A DNA stretch of 64,000 bases from Octopus sinensis. Lineage: Eukaryota. Positions within the stretch are counted from its first letter, which is position 1. Each line of letters opens with the position of its first letter. Below the pieces are notes generated by a model. It did no database searches, had not been told where the DNA came from, and saw only the letters and a list, made by a program, of their open reading frames with translations. Made by a program: the position numbers and the translations under genes. The DNA is taken from contig NC_042999.1 in assembly GCF_006345805.1 (NCBI RefSeq), forward strand, positions 40,610,001 to 40,674,000, given 5' to 3'. Below are positions 12,200-24,207 of this stretch, piece after piece.

Positions 12200-14000
12200 A
12201 TACAAGTGAAAGGAACAGAGGGTTACTTACTGCTCTGAAAGTTTTTTGCTTTCTCCTCCTTTGGTTTGTCCTCGGGAGATCCCAGTACAGTTTCTTTGTG
12301 AGATATTTTTGGCATTTACCAACCGCGCTGGGGAAATGCCTTTGAGTGTGTGGTGCAGACTTTTTTGGAGATGTGTAATATTTTGATGTGGTCTGGTGGT
12401 GTTGTGTATGGGTGATTGTTTTGTTTTTATGTCATCTTCTGTTTGTTTGTTTTTGATGGATGTATTCCATCAAATTTGTTTTTTGGTGTCTATAGCTGTG
12501 AGCATGTTTGCTGTATATATTTTTGTAGTGTTGGTGTGGCTGTTGTTTGCGTTGGGTTTTGAAATTCTTCGTGAGATGTATTTCCCCCCTGCTTTGTTCG
12601 TGTTTGCATTTGGTTTGGTTGTGTTTCTGCTCTTTATTTTCCCTCTTTTTGTAGCTATTTGCCATTCCTCACTGGTTTCGTCTTCCGACGAATTTCTGAG
12701 GAATCAGTAGGGGGTAGGGTTATGTTGTGGCTTCTATGTATGTCTGTGTAAGTGGTTGTGTTGTTGTTTTCGTTTGTTGGTTGTTGAGTGTTTGTGTGTG
12801 TTGAGTGCGGTATAAGGGATGGGGGATCAGTTTGTGTGTGTTTCTCTTTGTTTTTCTGTTTCCTTTTGGTTTTGCTGTTGTTGGTGGTGTTGGTATTTTT
12901 TTCAGGTGTTTGAGTGGTTTTTTTGGTTGATGACGGATTAGCTTGGTGTGCTTCTCTTGTCGTCTTCTGTGTTGATGGTGGTGTGGGTAGTAGAGCTTTT
13001 TTTTTCCGGAGTGCTTTGGTTTGTGGTAGTGTTGTTGTTGTTGCTCTTGGGTGCAGTGGTGGGCACGTCTTTTTCAAGTGTGTTTTCGCTTCCACACAAA
13101 TAGCAGCGTGGTCGCCTGCCCTCTACCACTATATAGAGTTTGTAGCCTCCTGGCAGTTCTATAGCGGTGGGTATCTTCTCTCTTGCTGCTTCATCCAATT
13201 GAAGCAGGAATTCGATTGATTTGCCCACATAGTCTTTCTCTCCTAGAATCGCGATTTCCAGGATGTTTGTCTCTGACATTGTCTCTGTCATTTCAAAGCA
13301 GATGGCAGAGACCACCATTGTGTTTCGACTTCAAATGGTATGTTTTTTATTTGGACTTTCGTGACCCTTTTGTTAAATAGACTGGTATCATTACCAGTCG
13401 TCCGAATGCAGCTCCAATGTGGAAAACGTTTTGCTAAACTTTCGTGAGGAAACGTACTTGGACTGTACCAAATTTGTTTCCCCCAACTGATATATTCCTT
13501 GGTGTCCCATGCAGACGAAAGCATTTTTCGATTTTTTCTGCGGTCATTTTCTGTTCTTCTTGTTTTTTTGTTTATTACTTTATAAATTATTGTTTTTTTT
13601 TTGTGTGTTTTCCACGATGTGTTTGTGGAATGTGAAGGGCAATTTGTCTCCTTCTTGGAGAAGAGTGCCTTTGTGCGGTTTATCTCTTGTGTGGTGAATG
13701 TTACATTGTTCTTTTTTGTTTTGTTACGTCCGCAAAATTCGTTTGAATTGGGCAGTAGAAGTGTTAATTGTGGCAGTGTTAATTGAAGTCATGGTAGTGG
13801 TGTTTGGTGTTGGCGGTATTAGCAGCAGAAGGCTTGGATGTGGCATTTGACGTCGTAGTAGTGGTGTTGGTGTTGGCGGTGTTGTCTTTGGTAGGCGGCT
13901 TTGTGCCAATTTCGTTGTTGTTGTTGTTGGTGGTGATGGTGGTGGTGCCGGCATTCATGTTTTCGTTTGTATTCATTTTTGAAATCCCTTTCTCTGTCCC
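12200..14000 (-). pseudogene. LINE ORF1 (Gag-like, CCHC), frameshifted; boundaries approximate
   Basis: IVVEGRRPRCYLCGSEN-H-LKKTC is restored by removing one base near 13080. KTIIYKVINKKTRR region is homologous to the ORF at 38200. Thr/Asn-rich flanks. Confidence 0.8.
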
Positions 14001-14125
14001 TTTATCATCAACAAGTGGTGTGGGGAGTGAGGGGAAATCTAAGTTAATGTCTTTGGTCGCGGCGATGGTGAATGCGACGTTAGTTTTGTTGTTGTTGTTG
14101 TTGGTGGTGGTGATGATAGATAGAT

Positions 14126-14236
14126 GGCTCCAGGTTCTGTCCCACTACGTGGCATCTTCCGGAAGTCACTTCTACTACAGTCTCGGACGACCAAAGCCTT
14201 ATGAGTGGATTCGGTAGACGAAAACTGGAAGACCGT
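14126..14236 (+). mobile_element. SINE family 1 fragment, 5' truncated
   Basis: GGTTCTGTCCCACTACGTGGCATC...GAGTGGATTCGGTAGACG matches the family 1 body. Confidence 0.75.
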
Positions 14237-14779
14237 CGTACATATATATATATATATGTACGACGGTCTTGTGTGTGTGTGTGTGCGCGCGCGTGTGTGA
14301 GTTTGCATGTGTGTATGAGTGTGTATGTGTGCGTGTGTGTGTGCGCGCGCGTGCGTATGTTCTAATGCATTCCAAATCCAAGTTGCTGATTTTGACGTAA
14401 GGGGTATCAAAAGATTCAGTAGGCTTTTGGCTACCAACTAAACTATATTTTCGTTCACATGTTTGAATGTCATCTTTCTTTTAGACACCTATCGTAAACG
14501 ACATTTTATGTCACCACCACAACGACGATGATGTCACATTTTCAATATGAGTGTGCTCACGCGTTCGTTACTTTCGTTAGGCCGATGACTGACAAGTGTA
14601 TGTGTGTGACGTTGTATTTGTCTGTCAGTATACATACAATTTTGTGACGACTGACACACAGGGACAGAGACAGGCTTCGGGTATGCGTTAATACATGTCT
14701 GTGTGTCTGTGTGTATCTTAGTTTATATATGTAACTTTCTTCTACCCAACAGTCAAACGCGCCAATACTGAACAACGAC

Positions 14780-15340
14780 GTTTACTTTGAAGTATTAGCA
14801 GCACGAATATTTGGCTGATTTAATACTACTCACAATACTCGCAAATACATCGAGAAAAAATGGTATTCTGGTTATTATAACAATTTTGGAAACTTAGTGA
14901 AGTAGAAAGCCACAGCGGCCTTTTCAATAAAATTACAGAAATGTTATTCCACTCCTCCTAATTTTTAACAGCCCTCCTAAGCTTCTTCATCACCGTATCT
15001 TCGTCGCATAACATTTTTAATGTGTTAGTATTTATTCTACAGCCTATAACGTAACACAGTTAAAAAATATGTAGTAATGTCAAATTAATTTACACCTTAC
15101 TACATCCTTCCTCAAACATTTTAAATCGACGTTCACAACAACAGCATCTTCCTTGCTATACACTTGGTTCAACGCTCGTTTCAAAATTGCAAAATAAATT
15201 ATTTTTGTATGAAAAATTAAATTATGGATTCCGAATTTTCTTGGACTTTCACTTTCTTCACCGGGATATTCAATCGTGAATTTTATAACATTTAGTACAT
15301 GTTCCAAATAAATGTTGACTTTCTGTACTTTGTTACATTG
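14780..15340 (-). mobile_element. Probable piggyBac transposase relic, highly degraded
   Basis: PRKFGI and QVYSKED resemble the piggyBac KP.KFGIK...QVYTGK motif; later LTH.KCYAT.IR resembles G.YA.GT.R. Weak overall. Confidence 0.35.
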
Positions 15341-15569
15341 GTGACGCATAGTAACTTTTGCAAAATTGGGGACTTCCCATTTTTGTTTTGCAGCATAACT
15401 ATGCTACAGAAAGTATGTTTTGCACCCGTATTGATGACATTTCGTTTCATTTGAACATCATATGAGTACATTTTGCTGTTTTCAGTATTATCAATTCTAT
15501 GAGTGTGTGTGTGTGTGTGTTTCTGCGTTCCTTACGTCTATAGTAAACTGTAGTAAAGAACATTTTACG

Positions 15570-15905
15570 CTGTTTTAATGACACAAACATCAAATGAAGT
15601 AACCATCCTTTTGCTTCGTGATCCCCATGAAAATCATGATATTCTCATTCGTATTCGAGATAACAACCTTAAACATGTTTCACACACTTACCCCTCTTAT
15701 CATGCTCTCCAGTATAATCTTATTCTGTGGAATGGACAATATGGTATCATTCCAATATTCCACAGATTGAACTTGCAAATTACAATCAAAAAGATGTCAT
15801 GAAATGACTTCTATTCTTACCAACTAATGTTAAGACCAGAGCAATCAAATCAATTACACATGTCAAATAAACTTAATTTTCATTTACATATTTTCTACGC
15901 CATTT
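15570..15905 (+). mobile_element. Helitron Rep/Hel relic, N-terminal part of Rep
   Basis: TSNEVTILL...HDILIRIRDNNLKHVSHTYPSYHALQYNLILWNGQYG and FYSYQLMLRPEQSNQL match the Helitron EVA...RDI...L..VSE.H.SYDALQYP...GE.G / FYAYRLM.R motifs. Confidence 0.7.
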
Positions 15906-15915
15906 CGACAACCAG

Positions 15916-16173
15916 CTATCAATCTATTTATCTGCTCAGTCGAAGTCGACTCTCGGTTACTCCATGGATCAGTGTCCTCCAGTCAGTTCTATCTTGGTCC
16001 GCTTCTTTCAGACTGGCTATATCCATTCCGGTATCACTCTTGATGGTGTCAAGGCAGTGAGTTCTTGGTCGGCCTCTTCCTCTCTTGCCACTGACCATTC
16101 CTAGCATGATGTCCTTCTCCAAGGATTTTCTCCTCATAATATGACCAAAATATGCCAATCTATGCTTGGTGAT
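15916..16173 (-). mobile_element. RTE-clade (BovB-like) LINE 3' fragment
   Basis: YFGHIMRRKSLEKDIMLGMVSGKRGRGRPRT...DRTDWRTLIHGVTESRLRL* is the canonical RTE C-terminus. Confidence 0.88.
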
Positions 16174-16727
16174 CCTAGTTATATGTATTTCAAATACACT
16201 TCTCTACAACGATTAGGTTTCATAACAAAATAAAAATAGTTTAACACTTTCAATTTGAACCAAAATTACAATGTCTTGCATAACGAGAGTGACGATGTGT
16301 GAATAATGAAAGCAATGTTTCTCCGAATTAGTGACATGTGTATTATAATAAATAAAACTTTTTATTATCTATCTACCAAATAAACTATGTCCTTGACTCA
16401 ACAACTTTTTACAACAAAAAAAGAACCTCGGCAACTAGGTTGGGTGGCACAATTTTGCGGCACATTCGGATAATATTTCCATTTGCGTCCGATGATTCAC
16501 TTTCATCCCATGTTTCACGCATGCGTAGAATTCTACTCAGACAATCATTTATGAAAATGTACACATAAATATTGTATTAAAATAAGCCAGAATGAAAAAA
16601 ATTGTATTAAAGATATCCATTTTTCTATATGCTATGATGAAATACAGTCACACACACATTCTCTCTAACGCACAAATAAGACGTTTGCATATTTATTTAT
16701 GGGCGGAATCAAAGAATACGTATATAA

Positions 16728-16768
<41 letters not shown>

Positions 16769-16906
16769 TGATGATGATAATAATAATGATGATGATGATG
16801 ATGATATGATGATGATGATGATGATGATGATAATAATAATAATAGTAATAGTAATAATAATAATAATGATAATAATAATAATATAATAATAATAATAATA
16901 ATTAAT

Positions 16907-16938
<32 letters not shown>

Positions 16939-17013
16939 GAAGAAGAAGAAGAAGAAAAAAAAGAAGAAGAAGAAGAAGAAGAAGAGAAGAAGAAGAAGAA
17001 GAAGAGAAGAAGA
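16728..17013. repeat. Compound (AAT)/(GAT)/(AAG)n microsatellite
   Basis: Direct reading. Confidence 0.9.
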
Positions 17014-17097
17014 ATGCAGCTAAATTAGTTTCAGATTGTTTTGCTCTTGACTACCACTGTATATTTAATTTAAAATAATTTTAATATTCAATTAAAA

Positions 17098-17131
<34 letters not shown>

Positions 17132-17392
17132 TATATATACGTGTATATTTAGGGATAAACCACTAGGTGGATAACCAATACGCTATAATATGATCACATA
17201 CGATCTAGCTACAAAGAAAAAAATGTTTTCCAGAGAAAAATTCAGCGAACAGCAGAACATAAGCGGGCAAGACAGATGAAAATTATATAAAAATCAAGAA
17301 TTAATCAGATTTTTTTTATATATGCTAGGCTACTTGTTTTCAATTGATATTAATTAAATTAATATTCAATTTATCTCCCTCAATATTTATAT

Positions 17393-17462
<70 letters not shown>

Positions 17463-17545
17463 ATAATAAATATTAGGGAATAAATCCAATTTACAGGGAA
17501 AAATCAGATTTAGGATTGAATCCAATTCTATAGTAAAATATTAAA

Positions 17546-17810
17546 TATATTAAATTAGAGACAAAACCACTATTATGCAAATCAAACAAAGAAAGACTTA
17601 AGCCAATACATAAAAAAAATTTATATAATTAAATTAAATTAAAATAACCACTACGATCGTTTCGTGTCAGCACCTGAAGAATGTCCCATAGAAGTGCTGA
17701 CACGAACGATCGTAGTGGTTATTTTAATTTAATTTAATTTATATAAATTATTTTATGTATTGGCTTAAGTCTTCCTTTGTTTGATTTGCATAATAGTGGT
17801 TTTGTCTCTA

Positions 17811-17820
<10 letters not shown>
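17546..17820. repeat. Fold-back inverted repeat (~127-bp arms, 20-nt spacer) containing a hammerhead motif, flanked by (TA)n
   Basis: Arms 17546-17673 and 17694-17820 are near-perfect reverse complements. CTGAAGA at 17674-17680; GAA(A)-CGATCG-TA-GTGG at 17704-17718. Confidence 0.85.
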
Positions 17821-17874
<54 letters not shown>

Positions 17875-18254
17875 TATATATCTATATATATACATATAAT
17901 ATAAGTATGTATGTATTTCTCAGATTCGTAGTCTCTGTATTTTATTATGTAGATAACACAAATTTCGAAAAAAGTTATAGATTAAGAAATTGCGGTGGGG
18001 ATAGGTGGAAATTAAAATATTGAAAACGGAATTTCTCTACACATTCGTATTAAACCACTATATACGATGAAACAATACATAGTTCCTGATCCTTCTTTAG
18101 AACAGATAGCACTTTCATGCAAATTGCACTCTCGTCCTTCACTATTAAATAAACAATAACTTCCATTATTTCATTAACCATATATCAGCCATGCCGATTC
18201 TGCACAAAAAAGGAGCAAACTACAATGTGCTTTTAGGTCACAACACCTGGGCAA

Positions 18255-18305
18255 CGCCGGGATGTTATCACCTAGATGTCATAACACCCGGGCAACGCCG
18301 CGATG
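18255..18305 (+). mobile_element. Duplicated Helitron-type 3' hairpin motif (GGGCAACGCCG x2)
   Basis: Same hairpin as the element at 51346-51740, but no clean terminal CTAG after the second copy. Confidence 0.4.
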
Positions 18306-18339
18306 CATGCATATATACTTACATATGTATGTCTATATT

Positions 18340-18570
18340 TATGTGTGTGTCTGTGTTTGTCCCTCACCATCGCTTGACGACCGATGCTGGAGTGTTTACG
18401 TGCCCATAATCTAGCGTTTCGGCAAAAGCGACGGACAGAATAAGTACAAGGCTTACAAAGAATAAATCCTGGGGTAGATTTTAGGTCGACCACCTAAAAT
18501 CAGTTTGAGGCGGTGCACAAGCCTGGTCGCATTCAAATGGCCGAAAGAAGTAAGAGATTAAAAGAATGAG
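18340..18570 (+). mobile_element. SINE family 1, 3' half
   Basis: CATCGCTTGAC.ACCGATGCTGG.GTGTTTACGT...CGGCAAAAG matches other copies. Confidence 0.75.
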
Positions 18571-18632
18571 GAGTATGAATGTATGTCATATTTTCCGTTT
18601 ACCGTCTTTTTATTTGATTCTGAATATTATAT

Positions 18633-18664
<32 letters not shown>

Positions 18665-19582
18665 ATATATAATATATAATATATATATATATATATTATA
18701 TATATAACAAATACATGTTGTGTGTGTGTAACAAATGCGTTAGACATTGAAACCTGCGTAATGTTTACAGTTCAGCTTAATTTTAAAACAAATCAGATAA
18801 AGTCATATATATTTTACTATTAATGTTCCTCTATAATGCTGATCACTGCTGAACTGTTCTTAATATTAACTACCATGAACGATTATTGCTTTATGTCCCG
18901 CTTGCAACCAGTAAACTTTGTCTTACTTTCTTCGCTTATCCATATATGCATAAATTTCAAATAATCAACCTTAACTAGATGTGTTTACCCGAGTATCTCA
19001 GTTAGTTTAGATGTGATGATAATGTTTCACCGAAGTATTATATATACCTAAGGATACACCATTTAGATTCGTTATCATTGTTTTAAATTATAAACATTGC
19101 TTGGTCTTCTTTCGCTGCTCCAAATCTAATCCAATATTTATTTTCTTTCCTTTCTCTAATTCTAATCCAATTTCTTGGAAAAATGCGCGCTGCATTGGTA
19201 GATCTATTTGCAGCTTTTATTCCCCACATAGTTAGTTAAGTTGCTTACCAGGATTCTCTCCTCATCTTGTTGTTCGAACCCAACTCTGACTGAAGGACCA
19301 ATAATCAAATAAAAACAAGTTTACGTTTAAAGTATAATGTATAACAAGATCTTTGCTATTTCAATATGTCTTCCCCCGCCCGTTTTTTTCTTCTTTTTTG
19401 CCGTTCACAATTTGTTTTATTATTATTTGATACAAGGGCTGATAGAATGGCAGAAACATTAGAATGTCGGTTAAATTGCCTTATGGTAATTTTTCCGACA
19501 CTCTGCTTATATTAGTATTTACATACACTCATATGTGTGGGTATTTTTGTGCGTGAGCATACATACATACATACATACTTAT

Positions 19583-19613
<31 letters not shown>

Positions 19614-19649
19614 CAATCCTCAAACACATACATATGATTCTATATATGT

Positions 19650-19885
<236 letters not shown>

Positions 19886-20334
19886 CAAGCGGACACATGC
19901 ACATACATATTTTTATATTATGTAGCATAGTAATTGGTGCATCTGTTTTCTCTTACCGACCACAACGATTTTCTTGTCGACTCCAACATCTTTCACTCAC
20001 CCCTTCATTTGTAAGGAATTTCGAAGAATAGAGGGGAATCTACTTGAGGCTGTATTTTCGTTAGTGTTGGTGTCGTTATTTTAGGGTAAGTTACCCTTCT
20101 AAGGATTCCATTCCGAAGATGGAGGTAAACCCTTCCCAAATAGGTTTGAAAATACTTTTTCCAAAATCCGCTATCTATTTCGCGTAGTGTTAATTTAATT
20201 TTCTTTTTTCTACTGTTGTTGTTGCTGTTTTTCTTGATTTTGTTGTTGTTATGGTGGTAAGTGGTGGTGGTAGTGATGGTGCTGCTGGTAACAAGAGTGA
20301 TTACTTCGGTCCACACCTCTATCAGCCTCCTAAC

Positions 20335-20760
20335 GAGAAGAAGAAGAAGAAGAAGAAGAAGAAGAAGAAGAAGAAGAAGAAGAAGAAGAAGAGGGAGAAG
20401 AAGAAAAAGAAGAAGAGGGAGAAGAAGAAAAAGAAGAAGAGGGAGTAGAAGAAGAAGAAGAAGAAAAGAAGAAGAAGAAGAAAAGGAAGAAAAGAAGAAG
20501 AAGAAGAGAAGAGAGGAAGAGGAAGAAGAAGAAGAAGAAGAAGAAGAGGGTGAGAATAAGAAGAAGAAGAAGAAGGAGGAGAAGAAGGGCGATAGAAGGG
20601 CTAGTAAAGAAGCAGAAAAGAAGAAGAAAAGTTAAGAAGACGAAGAAGAAGAAAGAAGAAGAAAACGAAAGAGACTAGAAAGAATAGAAGGAGAAGACTG
20701 AATAAAGACGAGAAGAAAAGAAGAAGAAGAAGAAGAAGAAGAAGAAGAAGAAGAAGATGA
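20335..20760. repeat. (GAA)n purine tract
   Basis: Direct reading. Confidence 0.95.
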
Positions 20761-21400
20761 ATGACGTTGAAGCGGAGGCGGATGAGCAAGAATGGGATTA
20801 GAATTGAATTTAAGAGCGAAACGAGAGAATATTTCCGGAAGTTTATTGAGATTTTGCAGATAACGGTGTAAACCACCGACGCCCCCCCCCCTCCGCACAC
20901 ACACACGCACCGACACACCCCAACCACGCGCGTACACGCACATGCGCACACATACACATCACAGTCTCACTGATTTTGTTTTCCACTTCTAATCGAACTT
21001 TTTCTGAAACTTTAGTGAAACCAGATCCTTATGCCACATCCTATACGTCAGCGTTACGATGACAGACAGCCAGGGTGAAAAGGTTTCATTGAATATCTCG
21101 AAGCAAAATGTCCTTGAAGAAGACGCACAAATTGTATTATAAGATACACATGCATACTTACTCACACATGTATTGTAATCTTTTAAAACTTTTGTTTATT
21201 TTTCGTCAGTTGCCCATAGTAATTAAATAATCTCATATACTGAATCACTGCTTTCACAATAATCCTACACTCTACGTAGCTTCATCCCTTCCTTATCCTC
21301 CATACACACACTTTCTCCCTCTCTTTTCTTCTTTCCCTTTCTCTCGTATCCATTACGCGAATATCACAATTTTTACATTAATAAAAACTATCTCCCTTTC

Positions 21401-21447
<47 letters not shown>

Positions 21448-21810
21448 CGCACACACACACACACACACACACTCTCATATTTAACCGTGCAAATACAGAT
21501 GAAAACACACAAATAAAACTTTATATTTTTGTCTCGTTGTTTATACGTATAGTTTATTCTATAAGTTTCTCTGAGATGCCTTCTCTCACATTAGATCCGT
21601 TGTGTGTGAGATTCCTGCCGCCGACAATGCTATGTATTTGTGCAACGCGTCGAAATGTATAAAGTCATATAATCTATTTATAATCCTAATTCACAGACAC
21701 GCTCGTTACGTATGTATGCATGTATGTATATGCCAAGGCATGTATGTATGTATGTAAGTATGTATGTATGTATGTAAGTATGTATGTATATATGTATGTA
21801 TGTATGTATG

Positions 21811-21842
<32 letters not shown>

Positions 21843-22019
21843 TGTATGTAGGTATGTATGTATGTATGTATGTATGTATGTATGTATGTGTGCATGTATA
21901 TTTGTGTGAACCCCTGACGATGAATACATATATGATGCATATAAAATCATTTGCAAATTCATATCTATGTATCTATCCATGCCTGTCTCCATTTCGTTTT
22001 ATTATTTGAATAAATCTTA

Positions 22020-23092
22020 TAAAAAGAATTCGGTATTTTTGGCCTTGGAGTTGCAGGCAGAGCCGTTGGTGTCTTTCTCAACCGCAGCCACCACATAATA
22101 TTCCATGAGATAACTAATTGGAGAATTAGTGGGCCAGAAATTGGAGCTGGTCAAATAGTAATTCTCTGACAACCACTTCTGACTTTTTCCCGGAGGTAAT
22201 GCAAGAAGTCGAATCCTGCTCCCACACATATGATCTTTCAGCAGCAACACCTTCTAGCTAGAGATTGAGCACAGTCTCCAGTAGCTTCACATAAACAACT
22301 GAATTGAGCCTAAGGCCCTGTTTAAATATGTTGGGGCTGCATGTCCTCCCCGCCAATGGAGATGCACACGCAGAGCATCCCAGTTTGGGGAAACTTGGTT
22401 TTCATAATACATGGGACATTACATGGTTTGCAGGCAAGCTACCTGTTGTTGCGGATATTGCAGAAATGGTCCTGATGGAAGTGCTTTTCATCTGAGAAGA
22501 ACCGGATCATTCTCGGCTCAGCAGGATGCCTCACATTGTTCAGGAGGTTCTTTGTTTCCGTCAAGATGTTCACCTTGGTCATGGCTGTTACAATTTGCAT
22601 TTTGCGCCTTTTGTACGAGTAGTAGTAAAGGCTCTCATTCAGGGCCAGCTTCATGGCGGCGACTCCAACACTCATCTTATTCATGAAAGCCGGATTCCTT
22701 TGCTCACACATTCTATGAACTTGTCCTGCAACTGCTGGCCGGGTTCAGGCAATCGGATGCTGTCAGAACGCCTGCTGTGTCCCTTCCTATTGACCACGAC
22801 ATGAGTCCTCATTGCAGCTGCGCATGTCACGTCTGAATGCTTTTACAATGCTTGCATGACATTGGGTATTAATCGTGAAGTTGGCATTTTGATACTCAGC
22901 GTGAATCTTCATGATGCCAGAAACATTTTTCCAATATTCACATGGCTTCCAGTCATCCATATCAACAAACGTTTTCTCAACCATAACTTTAACTTTTATG
23001 CTTTTCAAAGTCGTTGATAGTTCACCAACACATCAAGCTGTTTGTGAAAAAACTAAACATAAGAAATGATCAAATTTATTCCAGGCACACTG
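22020..23092 (-). mobile_element. Tc1/mariner DD37D (maT-type) transposon relic with 5' end
   Basis: RFFSDEKHF.QD, MKTKFPQT, QQDS...KSQKWLSENYY.TSSNFWPTNSP...MEYYV (frameshifted). 5' terminus CAGTGTGCC at 23092. Confidence 0.8.
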
Positions 23093-23325
23093 TCTATACA
23101 TACATACATACATACATACATACATACATACATACATACATACATACATACATACATACATACATACATACATACATACATACGTACGTACGTACGTACA
23201 TACATACATACATACATACATATACACATACATACATACATACATACAAACATACATACATACATACATACATACATACATACATACATACATACATACA
23301 TACATACATACATACATACAAACAT
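23093..23325. repeat. (TACA)n microsatellite
   Basis: Direct reading; the mirror (TATG)n is at about 21705-21890. Confidence 0.95.
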
Positions 23326-23949
23326 ATAAGAGACCAAAGGATACGTACGCCGCTATATTTTATATACAAAAAATACTAAAATAGGACAAGAATACAAAGC
23401 ATCCACACAGGTGAAACAAAAAAAAGGAAACGTAAAATATCCAGACAGACGATATAAGGAAAACAAGGACGGATCATTCGGAGTTTTCTATCATCAGTCG
23501 AGATCCAGATTATCTTTGCAATTTCGGTTGGTTATACTCGGGATTGTTCCAATCTGGCCAGTTCCAAAGAAAAATAAGCTAAAAGCATTACATTCCTTGG
23601 AAGAAGACAGGGAATGTATACGAAAGAAGGACGGAAAAAAATACAGAGATGTTACACAAATATAAATAACAGGACATAACATCAGGTGTCTTTCGACTAA
23701 GGACGAATTAAATTAAGCTGGCGTATGTGGAAGTAAAGCCATACGGCAGAGACATAGGTTTTAACAGGCACAAGAAGAAATATAAATGTTGCACGGACAG
23801 TAGACCAGCCAAGAAAGAAAGGTCAGGCCTGGCCGAATACCGGTCACCGGTTACGTGGGGAGAGGAGATAGAGAGGTAGAGGCAGATGGATAGAAGAATT
23901 AAGGAGGGAGGTATATATGTATGTATGTATGTATATATGTATGTATAAG

Positions 23950-24115
23950 CAGTGTGCTCGAGATAAATTTGAGGATGATTTATGTATACTTTTTTCACAA
24001 ACAGCTTCATGTGTTGGTGAACAATCAACAGCGTTGAAAAGCATAAAGATTAAAGTTGTGGTTGAGAAAACGTTTGTTGATATGGAGGACTGGAAGCCAT
24101 GTTAATATTGGAAAA
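23950..24115 (+). mobile_element. Second, oppositely oriented 5' end of the DD37D family
   Basis: Reverse-complement match to 22926-23092 (TCACAAACAGCTT.ATGTGTTGGTGAAC.ATCAAC...GTTGAGAAAACGTTTGTTGATATGGA). Confidence 0.8.
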
Positions 24116-24207
24116 ATACACACACACACAGAAGTAAATGGACACTGATAATCATTCAAATTTATTTAAATCTGAAATTATTCAAATTATTTATTGTTAT
24201 ATTGTGA

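Larger units (their letters stand above)
8383..14114 (-). mobile_element. Full-length Tx1/L1-clade non-LTR retrotransposon (about 5.7 kb)
   Basis: ORF1 with a CCHC knuckle, ORF2 with APE-RT-CCHC, AATAAA at 8392-8397 (minus). Candidate TSD GATAGATAGATG at 8371-8382 and 14115-14126. Confidence 0.92.

Noticed and set aside
19243-19295. Possible 41-nt minus-strand micro-exon (AG...GTAAGC)
   Set aside because: No partner exons or homology, and the donor-like motif may derive from a SINE head remnant.
20251-20957. Poly-K/R/E/S/L ORFs
   Set aside because: (GAA)n tract that is open in several frames.
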